Positions 36,512 to 45,313 of a stretch of DNA of 64,000 nt are shown in pieces. Origin of the DNA: an uncultured Methanosarcinales archaeon (GTDB lineage Archaea; Nanobdellota; Nanobdellia; Woesearchaeales; GW2011-AR9). Below the pieces are notes generated by a model, which was not told the origin of the DNA, ran no database searches, and was given only the letters and a program-made list of their open reading frames with translations. The position numbers were made by a program, and so were the translations under genes. The stretch covers positions 142,109 to 206,108 of the forward strand of contig CAZKIP010000001.1 of the NCBI GenBank assembly GCA_964552945.1, in the 5' to 3' direction. The first letter of the stretch is position 1; every line of letters starts with the position of its first letter.

Positions 36512-37489
36512 TTACTTTTTTCGACATAATTTCAAAGTTTCTTTTTCAACATGTTTAGAACTAAACCCAAATTTATGTAACAATTCATCTGGTTCTCCCG
36601 ATTCTCCAAAACGATCTTTCATACCTACCCTTTTAATTTTAACAGGATAAGTTTCAGATAAGAATTCGGAAACAGCCCCACCTAATCCTCCAATAATTTG
36701 ATGTTCTTCAACCGTAATAATTTTTTTACATTTCTTAGCCGCCATTAAAATAGTTTGTTCATCCAACGGTTTTATGGTATGAGAATTTACAACCATGGCA
36801 TTAATCCCTTTCTCTTGTAACTTCTCTGCAGCCGCTAAACATTCATACACCATAGGACCAGCTGCAATTAAAGCAATATCTTTTCCATCTTTCAACACTT
36901 GAGCTTTACCAATTGTAAAAGGAGTTTTTGAAGTAGTCATTTGTTCAGAACCAGAACGTGCAAACCGCATATAGGCCGGACCTTCAAAATTTGCAATTGC
37001 TTTAGTAGCTTTCTTAGTTTGTTCATAATCTGCTGGAACTACAACAATCATGTTTGGAAGAGCCCTCATTATCGCTATGTCTTCTAAAGCTTGATGAGTT
37101 GCACCATCTGGTCCAACTGAAACTCCGGCATGAGCCCCAATAACTTTTACATTTTGGTCATTATAACAGATAGTTGTTCTAATTTGTTCCCAACATCTAC
37201 CTGGACAAAACATTGCATAAGAAGAAACGAAAGGAATTTTTCCTACTGCAGCTAAACCAGAAGCTACTGTAACAAGGTTTTGTTCAGCAACCCCTATTTC
37301 TACATACTGTTTAGGAAACTTTTTTGCAAATTTTCCTACTCGAGTTGAATCCTTCAAATCTGCACAAAGAACCATTATATTTTTATTTTTCCCAAGTTCA
37401 ACTAAAGCATCTCCATAACCATTTCTTGTTGGAACCTTCTCTCTAAAGAAATTGAGGTACATTTTTTTGTTCAATCCTTTTAATTCCAT
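36512..37489 (-). CDS. tkt: Transketolase, C-terminal (pyrimidine-binding) subunit
   Basis: TRNGYGDALVELG...; EIGVAEQNLVTVASGLA; split-gene arrangement with the next ORF. Confidence 0.9.
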   Translation of the reverse strand: MELKGLNKKMYLNFFREKVPTRNGYGDALVELGKNKNIMVLCADLKDSTRVGKFAKKFPKQYVEIGVAEQNLVTVASGLAAVGKIPFVSSYAMFCPGRCWEQIRTTICYNDQNVKVIGAHAGVSVGPDGATHQALEDIAIMRALPNMIVVVPADYEQTKKATKAIANFEGPAYMRFARSGSEQMTTSKTPFTIGKAQVLKDGKDIALIAAGPMVYECLAAAEKLQEKGINAMVVNSHTIKPLDEQTILMAAKKCKKIITVEEHQIIGGLGGAVSEFLSETYPVKIKRVGMKDRFGESGEPDELLHKFGFSSKHVEKETLKLCRKK

Positions 37490-38376
37490 TATTTATGTAT
37501 TGGATTAAATTTTTGATGCTGTTTAATCCAATCTCCCCTCTCTTCAACTTCATGAGCATGAATCTCTGCCAATGCTGTATAAGCTTCATCTGGTTTAGGT
37601 GGTTTTCCATGCCATTCATGTTTGTTCTCCATGAAGTCTACACCTTTTCCTGGAATAGTGTTAGCAATAATCATCAATGGTTTACCTTTGTTCTTCCTTG
37701 CTTTCTTTAAAGTTTTAAGAACTTCTTTCATATCATTCCCATCTATCACTTTTACATTCCAATTAAATGATTTATACTTTTCATCTAATGGGTCTAGGGG
37801 CATGACATCTTCAGTATTCCCATCAATTTGAATATAATTTCTATCTGTTATAGCAACTAAGTTTGATAATTTATGTTTCCCTGCAAATAAAACAGCCTCC
37901 CAATGATTCCCTTCATCCTGCTCTCCATCTCCACACATCACAAAAACTTTGTTTGATTTCCTATCTCTTTGAAATGCTAATGCCATCCCTGCACCTTGTG
38001 ATAACCCTGAACCTAATGGGCCAGAAGTTGTTTCTAATCCAGGAAGTGCAGTTCTGTGAGGATGTCCTTGCAATCTTGTTCCCCATTTTCTTAAGGTCAG
38101 CAATTCCTTCTTTGGAAAATATCCTACGTTGGCCATAGTTGCATATAAGGCTGGACAAACATGCCCATTGGAAAGAATAAAGCGGTCTCTTTTTTCCCAT
38201 TTAGTTTTTTTTGGATCGTGTTTTAAGACGTTGAAATATAAAGCGGTGAAAATCTCTGCTAAACCCAAAGGTCCTGCTGAATGACCTGATTTAGCCAACA
38301 TTAAAGAGGTTAGGATGTCTTCTCTAATAATGTCAGCCATAGTTTTCAAATCTTCTATCTTGTTTAGTTTTTTCAT
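37489..38376 (-). CDS. tkt: Transketolase, N-terminal (TPP-binding) subunit
   Basis: AKSGHSAGPLGLAEIFTALY; SNGHVCPALYA; GDGEQDEGNHWEA. Start taken at ATG 38376 (MKKLNK). Confidence 0.9.
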   Translation of the reverse strand: MKKLNKIEDLKTMADIIREDILTSLMLAKSGHSAGPLGLAEIFTALYFNVLKHDPKKTKWEKRDRFILSNGHVCPALYATMANVGYFPKKELLTLRKWGTRLQGHPHRTALPGLETTSGPLGSGLSQGAGMALAFQRDRKSNKVFVMCGDGEQDEGNHWEAVLFAGKHKLSNLVAITDRNYIQIDGNTEDVMPLDPLDEKYKSFNWNVKVIDGNDMKEVLKTLKKARKNKGKPLMIIANTIPGKGVDFMENKHEWHGKPPKPDEAYTALAEIHAHEVEERGDWIKQHQKFNPIHK

Positions 38377-38486
38377 TAGCAAAATTCGCAAGTGTCACTT
38401 TTTTTAGGTTTTTTAGAGGAAGATTTCTTTTTATTTTTTTTAGTAGTTGATTTTTTTGTAGTTTTCTTAGAAGCCTTTTTAGCCAT
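38376..38486 (-). CDS. 36-aa polybasic peptide MAKKASKKTTKKSTTKKNKKKSSSKKPKKSDTCEFC
   Basis: Hand translation. Strong Shine-Dalgarno GAGGTGGTG 7 nt upstream. The TAA stop shares its last A with the transketolase ATG (TAATG). Confidence 0.4.
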   Translation of the reverse strand: MAKKASKKTTKKSTTKKNKKKSSSKKPKKSDTCEFC

Positions 38487-38620
38487 CTAGCACCACCTCT
38501 TTTAGATAACAATTTTTTTAGAATTAATAAATGTTTGGTTAAAAGAAAAAAAATGGTTTAACTTTCCATTTCTTAGGCCATCTGTGTAACACTTAATGGG
38601 GTGGCTCTTTAATAAAATAT

Positions 38621-39331
38621 TTACCAAATAGTATAAATCATATAAGCACCAAGTGCGATTAAAAATAAACCCATACTTAAACGCATTAAACCACGATGTT
38701 TCTTTCTCCACTTTTCCATTGTTTTTGAAGTTTTTCCAAAATAAGCAAAACCAATTATAAAAAACAAAGGAAGTATGAAAATCAAGTTATAAACTAATAA
38801 TAAGGGAATTCCTTGTGTTAAATTGCCAGCACCAATTATTGCCAATACTGCCAGGTAAGGAGCACCAGTACAAGGTAGCTCTACCAATGTTACAAAAATA
38901 CCCAAAGGGATTGCCGAAAGATATGCCAAATAAATATTTTTCTTGTTGAGGTTTTCAATTTTCTTTGTATAATATTTTATTCTTGCTGCGCCACCAGGAA
39001 TTATTTGTAAAGAGAAACCTTTCCCATACCAAAAATAATCTTTAATCTCTAATATGCCCGCAATTATTGCGATTACTGCTGCAATCCAATATACCGCCAC
39101 AGAAAATCCGAAAGAAACGGTGAATTCGAGAAACCCAATTCCAATTAAAAGATAAGTAACATAAACAACTGTAACATAAATTAATCCACCAAGAAGCATT
39201 TTCTTAGGAGATTTAAACATCTTTGTCATGAATGCAATCAAGAAAATAAGTACTCCAAAAACACAGGGGTTAACACTATCAAGCAAAGCAGCACCTAATA
39301 AAATTGGAAGAGTTAAACCTTCAGGAAGCAT
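38621..39331 (-). CDS. DsbD/CcdA-superfamily thiol-disulfide transporter (DsbD_2-like)
   Basis: LDSVNPCVFGVL and VELPCTGAPY Cys motifs in TM helices. 11-nt overlap with the VKOR gene. Confidence 0.65.
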   Translation of the reverse strand: MLPEGLTLPILLGAALLDSVNPCVFGVLIFLIAFMTKMFKSPKKMLLGGLIYVTVVYVTYLLIGIGFLEFTVSFGFSVAVYWIAAVIAIIAGILEIKDYFWYGKGFSLQIIPGGAARIKYYTKKIENLNKKNIYLAYLSAIPLGIFVTLVELPCTGAPYLAVLAIIGAGNLTQGIPLLLVYNLIFILPLFFIIGFAYFGKTSKTMEKWRKKHRGLMRLSMGLFLIALGAYMIYTIW

Positions 39332-40166
39332 TCTCTACATCACACCCTGAAAATTCTGCTAATTCCTCTATGTCCATAAAACCAGTAACCCGCTTAACTT
39401 CTTCACCATTTGGTTCAAGAACCCAAGTAGGAGTTCCTTCAAGTCCCTTCTTCAAACATAAATCTGTTTGTTGGTTCTCGCCCTGAGGATGACATTCAAT
39501 CTCGTTAATGTATTCAAAAGAAGAACCAAACATATCCCTAGTTTTTGCACAAACACCACATTTGAAAGAACCATACATATTAACTCCTTTCTCAGTAATA
39601 CATTGAGCCAAAGAATCGTAATTAACCTTTTCTGATTGAGGCAAGTTGAAAATTATTAAAGGAATAATGTTAATTATTAAAGCTAAGATAATCCAAGGTT
39701 TTGCTTTCTTAATAAATTTTGAATAAGAAAACTTCTTTTTCTTAGAGCGATAAAGTCTAAGAGCAATGATAAAAACAATCACAACTATAATATGGACCAG
39801 AGTGCAAAAAGGACAAATGGTATTGAGCAATATTTCAGCAATAATCATGTAAATAATAAAGACAACTCCCAAAATACTCCATCCTAAAAGTAAATCTAGT
39901 AAATCATTATTTTTCATAGATCTCCATGCTACCAAGGAAAGAATAACAAACCAAAGAGCTCCAAAAACAGCTACGGGAACACTTAATAATTCTGAATAAA
40001 TACTAGAATTTACTAATGAACAAGAAATTTTTGCAGAGATATCACAAATACTTCCACTCGAAGAAGCAACAATATGTTCCCAAGTAAGATAAAAAGAAGT
40101 AATAAATCCGATTGCTGACAAAATGATAATCCACCAAAGGGGTTTTGAACTAACTCTTTTTTTCAT
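39321..40166 (-). CDS. Vitamin K epoxide reductase (VKOR) homologue fused to a thioredoxin-like domain
   Basis: Loop Cys pair SICDISAKISCS, TM CPFC, then a fifth TM and a C-terminal YGSFKCGVCAKT Trx-like domain. Confidence 0.75.
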   Translation of the reverse strand: MKKRVSSKPLWWIIILSAIGFITSFYLTWEHIVASSSGSICDISAKISCSLVNSSIYSELLSVPVAVFGALWFVILSLVAWRSMKNNDLLDLLLGWSILGVVFIIYMIIAEILLNTICPFCTLVHIIVVIVFIIALRLYRSKKKKFSYSKFIKKAKPWIILALIINIIPLIIFNLPQSEKVNYDSLAQCITEKGVNMYGSFKCGVCAKTRDMFGSSFEYINEIECHPQGENQQTDLCLKKGLEGTPTWVLEPNGEEVKRVTGFMDIEELAEFSGCDVENAS

Positions 40167-40198
40167 TCTATCTATAAATTATTTGGTGTTAATAAATA

Positions 40199-40816
40199 TT
40201 ACGCATATTTCTTGATGTTAAGACAAATATTTTTGTTTCCTTTATCGAATCTGTCTTTTGCTTCCTGAATTATTTTCATCGCTTGAGCAGGAGTTCTAAC
40301 AATGAAAAGGGAATCTAAATTTTTTTTGCTTATCATCCCCTTTTTTAGAAGAGTTCCTTTTACCCATGCAATCAAAGGTTCCCACATAGATCCAAGAAGA
40401 ATTATGGGAGTATCACAGATATGTTCAACTTGAACAAGTTGCCAAGTATAAAATAGTTCCAATACTGTGCCTATTCCTCCTGGTGCGACAACTACAACGT
40501 TAGATAATTTCATGAATGTGTCCAGCCTTCCTGAAAATTTCTTAAAATCTTTTTTAATATCTAAATGATAGCCATCAAATTGTTCCATTGGCAGTTGAAT
40601 TGTTAATCCCACAGAATGTGCTTCTTTATTTTTTGAAGAATGATGGCCTCTACTTGCTGCGTCCATTAATCCTGGTCCGCCACCAGTTACAACATCCATT
40701 CCTTGATCTCCTATTTTTTTTGCAAGAGAATATACCAGTTTGTAATTAGGAGTTCCTTTCTTAGTTCTAGCAGAACCAAAAATTGCTACTCTAAAATGTT
40801 TTTTGTTAATTTTCAA
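40199..40816 (-). CDS. LOG-family (TIGR00730) nucleotide phosphoribohydrolase-like protein
   Basis: VAIFGSAR, VVTGGGPGLMDA, VVAPGGIGTVLE. Confidence 0.8.
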   Translation of the reverse strand: MKINKKHFRVAIFGSARTKKGTPNYKLVYSLAKKIGDQGMDVVTGGGPGLMDAASRGHHSSKNKEAHSVGLTIQLPMEQFDGYHLDIKKDFKKFSGRLDTFMKLSNVVVVAPGGIGTVLELFYTWQLVQVEHICDTPIILLGSMWEPLIAWVKGTLLKKGMISKKNLDSLFIVRTPAQAMKIIQEAKDRFDKGNKNICLNIKKYA

Positions 40817-40833
40817 TTTCTACTCCTATCAAT

Positions 40834-41883
40834 CTATTTGCCTTCGTATAACAAAGTGTCAGGATGGAAAGCGTACCAAGCGAACCAAAAGTCCCTCTCC
40901 TTAACAATCTCTTTACCTGAACTATCTATAATCTTTACCACTCCAACCTCATCTCTCTCAACAATAATCTTTTTCTTACCAATAATATCTTCAATTTTAC
41001 TTGTCTTTTTCAAATCATCTTCTTTGTAAGCTTTGTAAACCCCATCAACATGAATTCCAAAGATAACGGTTTTTGGATGGATTCTTTCATCTTCATTTTC
41101 TACAGGAAAAAAGAGAAAACTATTTTCATAATAATTCCCATAAGGATCTTTTCCATAATTCCTGCTATGGCCTGTTTTTTGACTAAGAACATCCGAATCT
41201 GGATGAGCTTTTTTCCAATCTCTCCAAACAACTGTATCAAGAGAAATGTCTTTCAGCTCTTGTCCTGTCAACTTTCCAACAATTGCTTTTCCATCTATCT
41301 GAGACCAATAAGTATCAGTTTCGCGATCGTACATCACTAAATTAGAATTGTATAATTTTCCTGAGGTGCCAAATTCAGATTCAATCATTTTTCCATCTAC
41401 TTCAATTTTACTTTCAAAAGCAATCCCAGAACCACAGAGAGGACAATAAGTTATTAATATTGGATCTCCAGCAACATGATCATTTACTATTTCGTGCCAG
41501 ACCATTATTTGAAGAGGATAAACCCTTTTATTATTTTTATAATTAAGAGCTAGAACTAACTCATTATCTTCAATCCATTTGTCTGCTTCTTCTACCGAAA
41601 CAAATCGAGGATTGTCTATTGAAGGAATGCCATCTTTTGGTGGGCCTCCCGAAAGAATCTTTTTTGGATTAACCAAATATTTCACTCCTTTTTCTGTAAC
41701 CATTATACCTTCCTCATCAGAAGATTCAGCAGGTATTTGAACCATTTTAACATCGTTCTTATCTTCCTTTTTTGGATCTACTTTAACATCATCAGTTGTT
41801 TTTTCTTCATTGACATTTTCAACACAACCAACTATTAAAATAGCTATTAGAGAAATTAACATAATCGTAATCGCCTTATTCAT
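40834..41883 (-). CDS. DUF3179-family lipoprotein
   Basis: Lipobox AILIVGCVEN; KDGIPSIDNPRF; ITYCPLCGSG; HPD... Confidence 0.65.
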   Translation of the reverse strand: MNKAITIMLISLIAILIVGCVENVNEEKTTDDVKVDPKKEDKNDVKMVQIPAESSDEEGIMVTEKGVKYLVNPKKILSGGPPKDGIPSIDNPRFVSVEEADKWIEDNELVLALNYKNNKRVYPLQIMVWHEIVNDHVAGDPILITYCPLCGSGIAFESKIEVDGKMIESEFGTSGKLYNSNLVMYDRETDTYWSQIDGKAIVGKLTGQELKDISLDTVVWRDWKKAHPDSDVLSQKTGHSRNYGKDPYGNYYENSFLFFPVENEDERIHPKTVIFGIHVDGVYKAYKEDDLKKTSKIEDIIGKKKIIVERDEVGVVKIIDSSGKEIVKERDFWFAWYAFHPDTLLYEGK

Positions 41884-41948
41884 AACATCACCTTTTTTGT
41901 TATTAAATTATGAGAATATATAAAAGTTGCTCATCCCCAGATTCTAAC

Positions 41949-42626
41949 CTAACCAAGAATTCTAAAAACAAAGAATAGGTAGTATATGGAAACAACTAAC
42001 ATAAATATTCCCGCTATCAAATTAATTTGTTTCTTATGAGATGTTAACCACCCAATAACTTTCTGCCCCGATGTTGCAGATACGATTGCTAACAATAATA
42101 GAGGTAACCCCATGCCTATTCCAAATACAATGAAGTTAAGCAAATTAGTAATAAAACTTGTAACCGATGTACTTACAGCAAATAAAACAGCTAACCCCGC
42201 AGGATTACAAGGAAGGACTATTGCTCCAAAAAAAAGCCCGAATAGTAAAGCACTAAAATAAGGATTTTTCAAAATAGGCGCGTGAGTTTGTGGCAGAAAT
42301 CTGCTGAAATCTACATTAAATATCATTAAAATGCTAATTACAGCCAAAATACCAAAAGCAATTGGAGAAAGTATTTGAGTAACTTTTCCCAACGAAGTTT
42401 GGAGCAGTCCAGTGAAAATCAAACCAATTAAAAACATGGAAAGAATTACTCCCAAGACCACCAAAAGACCAAAAACAATTATTTTTTTCTTAACATCATT
42501 TCCTTTTGCTTGATTCGCTAAATAAGCTAAGAAACCCGGATATAAGGGTAGGACGCATACTGCAACTAAGGGAGAAATTAAACCTGCCGTAAAGGAAATT
42601 CCAAAGTTAGCTATTGTCGAAACCAT
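41949..42626 (-). CDS. ccdA: Cytochrome-c-biogenesis-type thiol-disulfide transporter CcdA
   Basis: VAVCVLPLYPGFLAY and IVLPCNPAG motifs; 6 TM helices. Confidence 0.75.
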   Translation of the reverse strand: MVSTIANFGISFTAGLISPLVAVCVLPLYPGFLAYLANQAKGNDVKKKIIVFGLLVVLGVILSMFLIGLIFTGLLQTSLGKVTQILSPIAFGILAVISILMIFNVDFSRFLPQTHAPILKNPYFSALLFGLFFGAIVLPCNPAGLAVLFAVSTSVTSFITNLLNFIVFGIGMGLPLLLLAIVSATSGQKVIGWLTSHKKQINLIAGIFMLVVSIYYLFFVFRILG

Positions 42627-43193
42627 TTAACACAAATCTATCTCCTTTTGTAACTCTGCTGCATCTTTAACTCCTCGTTTAAGGTATTTATTTGAATCAT
42701 CCGGACAAATAATAATTACAGGAGCAGAAGGAGCATTAACAACGCCTGAACCAAATTCATCTATTAGAGCTTTAGTAAGACTTACCGGAGATACAACGTA
42801 ATGCCAATCAAAGCCATTATTTTGCGCATGTTCTTTAACAAATGCTTCATCTTCATTTGGATCTGTATCAAGAGATATTGAAACAACTTCTTTATTTGTT
42901 TCGTGTAATTTTTTAACTTCTCTCTGTTGTTTAGTACAAATTGGGCACCAAACTGCAAATGATTCTATAAGGATTGGTTTTCCTTTAAAATCGGAAATCT
43001 TAAAATTTTTGCCAGTATTTACATCATTTAATGAAATGTCCTTCCAATTAACAACAGGTTCGACTTTTTCTTCAATTTTTTTCTCAGAAACAGGGGGGAC
43101 TTCATCTGTTGCTGTTTTTCCACTAGTTGTTTCAGTACAAGCTGTAAGAAGTAGTAATAAAGTCAACACAATCATTATAAGGATTTTTTTCAT
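42627..43193 (-). CDS. TlpA/ResA-like thioredoxin lipoprotein
   Basis: Lipobox LLLLTACTE; FKGKPILIESFAVWCPICTKQ. Its stop abuts the ccdA start. Confidence 0.75.
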   Translation of the reverse strand: MKKILIMIVLTLLLLLTACTETTSGKTATDEVPPVSEKKIEEKVEPVVNWKDISLNDVNTGKNFKISDFKGKPILIESFAVWCPICTKQQREVKKLHETNKEVVSISLDTDPNEDEAFVKEHAQNNGFDWHYVVSPVSLTKALIDEFGSGVVNAPSAPVIIICPDDSNKYLKRGVKDAAELQKEIDLC

Positions 43194-43242
43194 AGTATCA
43201 CCGCATATAAAAATAAATGAAAATTAAAGAACTTCTTAATAC

Positions 43243-44634
43243 TTACGCTTTCTTCAATTCATAACCCTCCTTAGTATCACCAATCTCCCATCCTAACTTA
43301 GAAATTTCATCCCTTAAATTATCAGAGTTTTTCCAATCCTTTGATGCCCGAGCTTTCAACCTTTCTTCGGCTAATTTCTTAACATTGGTAGGAACCTTAT
43401 CTTTCTTAATATTGCCTAAGTTAAAACCAAAGATTCTGTCAAATTCCAATAATAGAAAATACTTGTCATGGTGGTTTAATTTATCATCCTTAACAACATC
43501 CCACATGGTTGCCAAAGCTTTGGAAGTATTCAAATCATCATTAATCTCTTTTGTAAATTTGTTCAAATGTTTCTTCTGTAAATTTTTATTATCTTTACCA
43601 TGTTTACTAGATTTAATCTCCAAAACTTTTGCAAACAACTTCTTTCTAGCGTTCTGAGCAGATTCCATTGCTTCTAATGAAAACATTAAAGGATTTCTGT
43701 AATGGGTCCCTAAACAAAAATAACGATAATCTAAAGCAGAAAAACCTTTCTCCTTCAATTTAGACAAAGTTAGAAAATTATCTCCAGACTTAGCCATTTT
43801 TTCTCCTTTATTTAAAATTAAAAATTCATTATGTAACCAATATTTAACCCATGGTTTTTTTCCAAAGGCAGCTTCAGACTGTGCTATTTCATTAGTATGG
43901 TGCACAGGAATGTGATCAATTCCACCACAATGAATATCAAACTGCTTTCCAAGATATTTTGATGACATAGCTGAACATTCTAAATGCCAACCAGGATATC
44001 CTTCACCAAAAGGAGAATCCCATTTCATGCCCTGATCTTGAAATTTACTTTTTGTAAACCATAATACAAAATCGTGAGGATTTTTTTTATTTTTATCAGT
44101 ATCAACACGTGCTTTCCCCTTAGCAGAAAGGTTTAACCTTGCCAACTTCCCATAATCATTCAATTTAGTAGTATCAAAATATACATTACCACCAGAAGAA
44201 TAGGTAAATCCTCTTTTTCCTAAAAGTTCAACCATTTTAATCTGTTCTTTAATATGGTCTGTTGCCTTACACCAGATGTCCGGAGAAATAATATTTAATT
44301 TAACTAAATCTTCTTTGAAAGCTTGCGTGTAAAATTCAGCAATCTCCCAAACCTTCTTTTTTTCTCTTTTCGCTCCTTTAAGCATTTTGTCTTCGCCCTC
44401 ATCAGCATCCGAAGTGAGATGGCCTACATCTGTGATGTTCATAACATGCTTAATTTTGTATTTATTAAATAAAAGAACTCGTTTTAGAATATCTTCAAAA
44501 ATGTAGCTACGTAAATTTCCTATGTGAGCAAAATTGTAAACTGTTGGGCCACAAGTGTAAAAACCAACAATTTTTCCCAGTAGCTTGAATCGATCCTTTT
44601 TCTTAGTTAAAGTATTATACAAAGTTAAAGACAT
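43243..44634 (-). CDS. cysS: Cysteinyl-tRNA synthetase
   Basis: CGPTVYNFAHIGNLRSY (HIGH), ECSAM, HHTNEIAQSE, KMAKSGDN (KMSKS). Confidence 0.9.
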   Translation of the reverse strand: MSLTLYNTLTKKKDRFKLLGKIVGFYTCGPTVYNFAHIGNLRSYIFEDILKRVLLFNKYKIKHVMNITDVGHLTSDADEGEDKMLKGAKREKKKVWEIAEFYTQAFKEDLVKLNIISPDIWCKATDHIKEQIKMVELLGKRGFTYSSGGNVYFDTTKLNDYGKLARLNLSAKGKARVDTDKNKKNPHDFVLWFTKSKFQDQGMKWDSPFGEGYPGWHLECSAMSSKYLGKQFDIHCGGIDHIPVHHTNEIAQSEAAFGKKPWVKYWLHNEFLILNKGEKMAKSGDNFLTLSKLKEKGFSALDYRYFCLGTHYRNPLMFSLEAMESAQNARKKLFAKVLEIKSSKHGKDNKNLQKKHLNKFTKEINDDLNTSKALATMWDVVKDDKLNHHDKYFLLLEFDRIFGFNLGNIKKDKVPTNVKKLAEERLKARASKDWKNSDNLRDEISKLGWEIGDTKEGYELKKA

Positions 44635-44669
44635 AAATAAATCGTTTCAAACAGAATATAAAAAGATTT

Positions 44670-45221
44670 CTACTCATATTCATTTTGAGACAAGTCCAAA
44701 TACTCTGCTTCTTGAACTTTTCTAGATAGTTGGGGCCTTAATTGAAGCAATTTGTTCTTAAAATCAAGCGCTTGTGGTTTTAAAATGTTTAAAGAAGCTT
44801 GGTATTCCATCCCAGAAAGTTCGTTCTCTTTAGCAATTCTAATTATTTCATCTTCCGTAAGACTAAATACGGGACGGAGAATTTTTTTATTGACATTTTC
44901 ATTAAAAATTTTTGTAATTTCTAAAGAATCGCTTGAAATAAGTGGAACATTCTCTCCAGTAATTATAACTTTACTAAGTTCTTTGTCAGCAATCATTTCG
45001 GCCACTTTAAACATTGCCAATTGATTAATGACGGGATCTTCAAAAGGAACAAAAGGAACTAGATAAAGATATTTTATCCCTAAGTTTTCAGCTAAGTCGA
45101 TTGCCCCTTCTCTATCATTTTCATAGAAATGTACCGCAACAAGACTAAATCTATTTTTAACTAAAATAGCGGCTACAGCCGTCTTTAAATCTAACTTAAG
45201 TAAAAAAACACCTCTTTCCAT
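44670..45221 (-). CDS. ThiI-like adenine-nucleotide alpha-hydrolase domain protein with degenerate PP-loop
   Basis: FLLKLDLKTAVAAILVKNRFSLVAVHF aligns by eye with ThiI LLSGGIDSPVAA....G.EV.A.HF. ILRPVFSLTEDEIIRIAKE resembles ThiI RPLIG.DK.EII.IA. Confidence 0.45.
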   Translation of the reverse strand: MERGVFLLKLDLKTAVAAILVKNRFSLVAVHFYENDREGAIDLAENLGIKYLYLVPFVPFEDPVINQLAMFKVAEMIADKELSKVIITGENVPLISSDSLEITKIFNENVNKKILRPVFSLTEDEIIRIAKENELSGMEYQASLNILKPQALDFKNKLLQLRPQLSRKVQEAEYLDLSQNEYE

Positions 45222-45313
45222 TTAATACCGAATTATTTTGAATTTTATAAATCTTAGGATATTTGAACACATAAATAAAAAAGTTTATAATCTTCTCCAT
45301 AGTTAGATTTTAA

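Noticed and set aside
38502-38711. 69-aa minus-strand ORF between the DsbD_2-like gene and the polybasic micro-ORF.
   Set aside because: It overlaps the 3' end of the 38621-39331 gene in another frame. It has no Shine-Dalgarno, and its composition is typical of a spurious AT-rich ORF.
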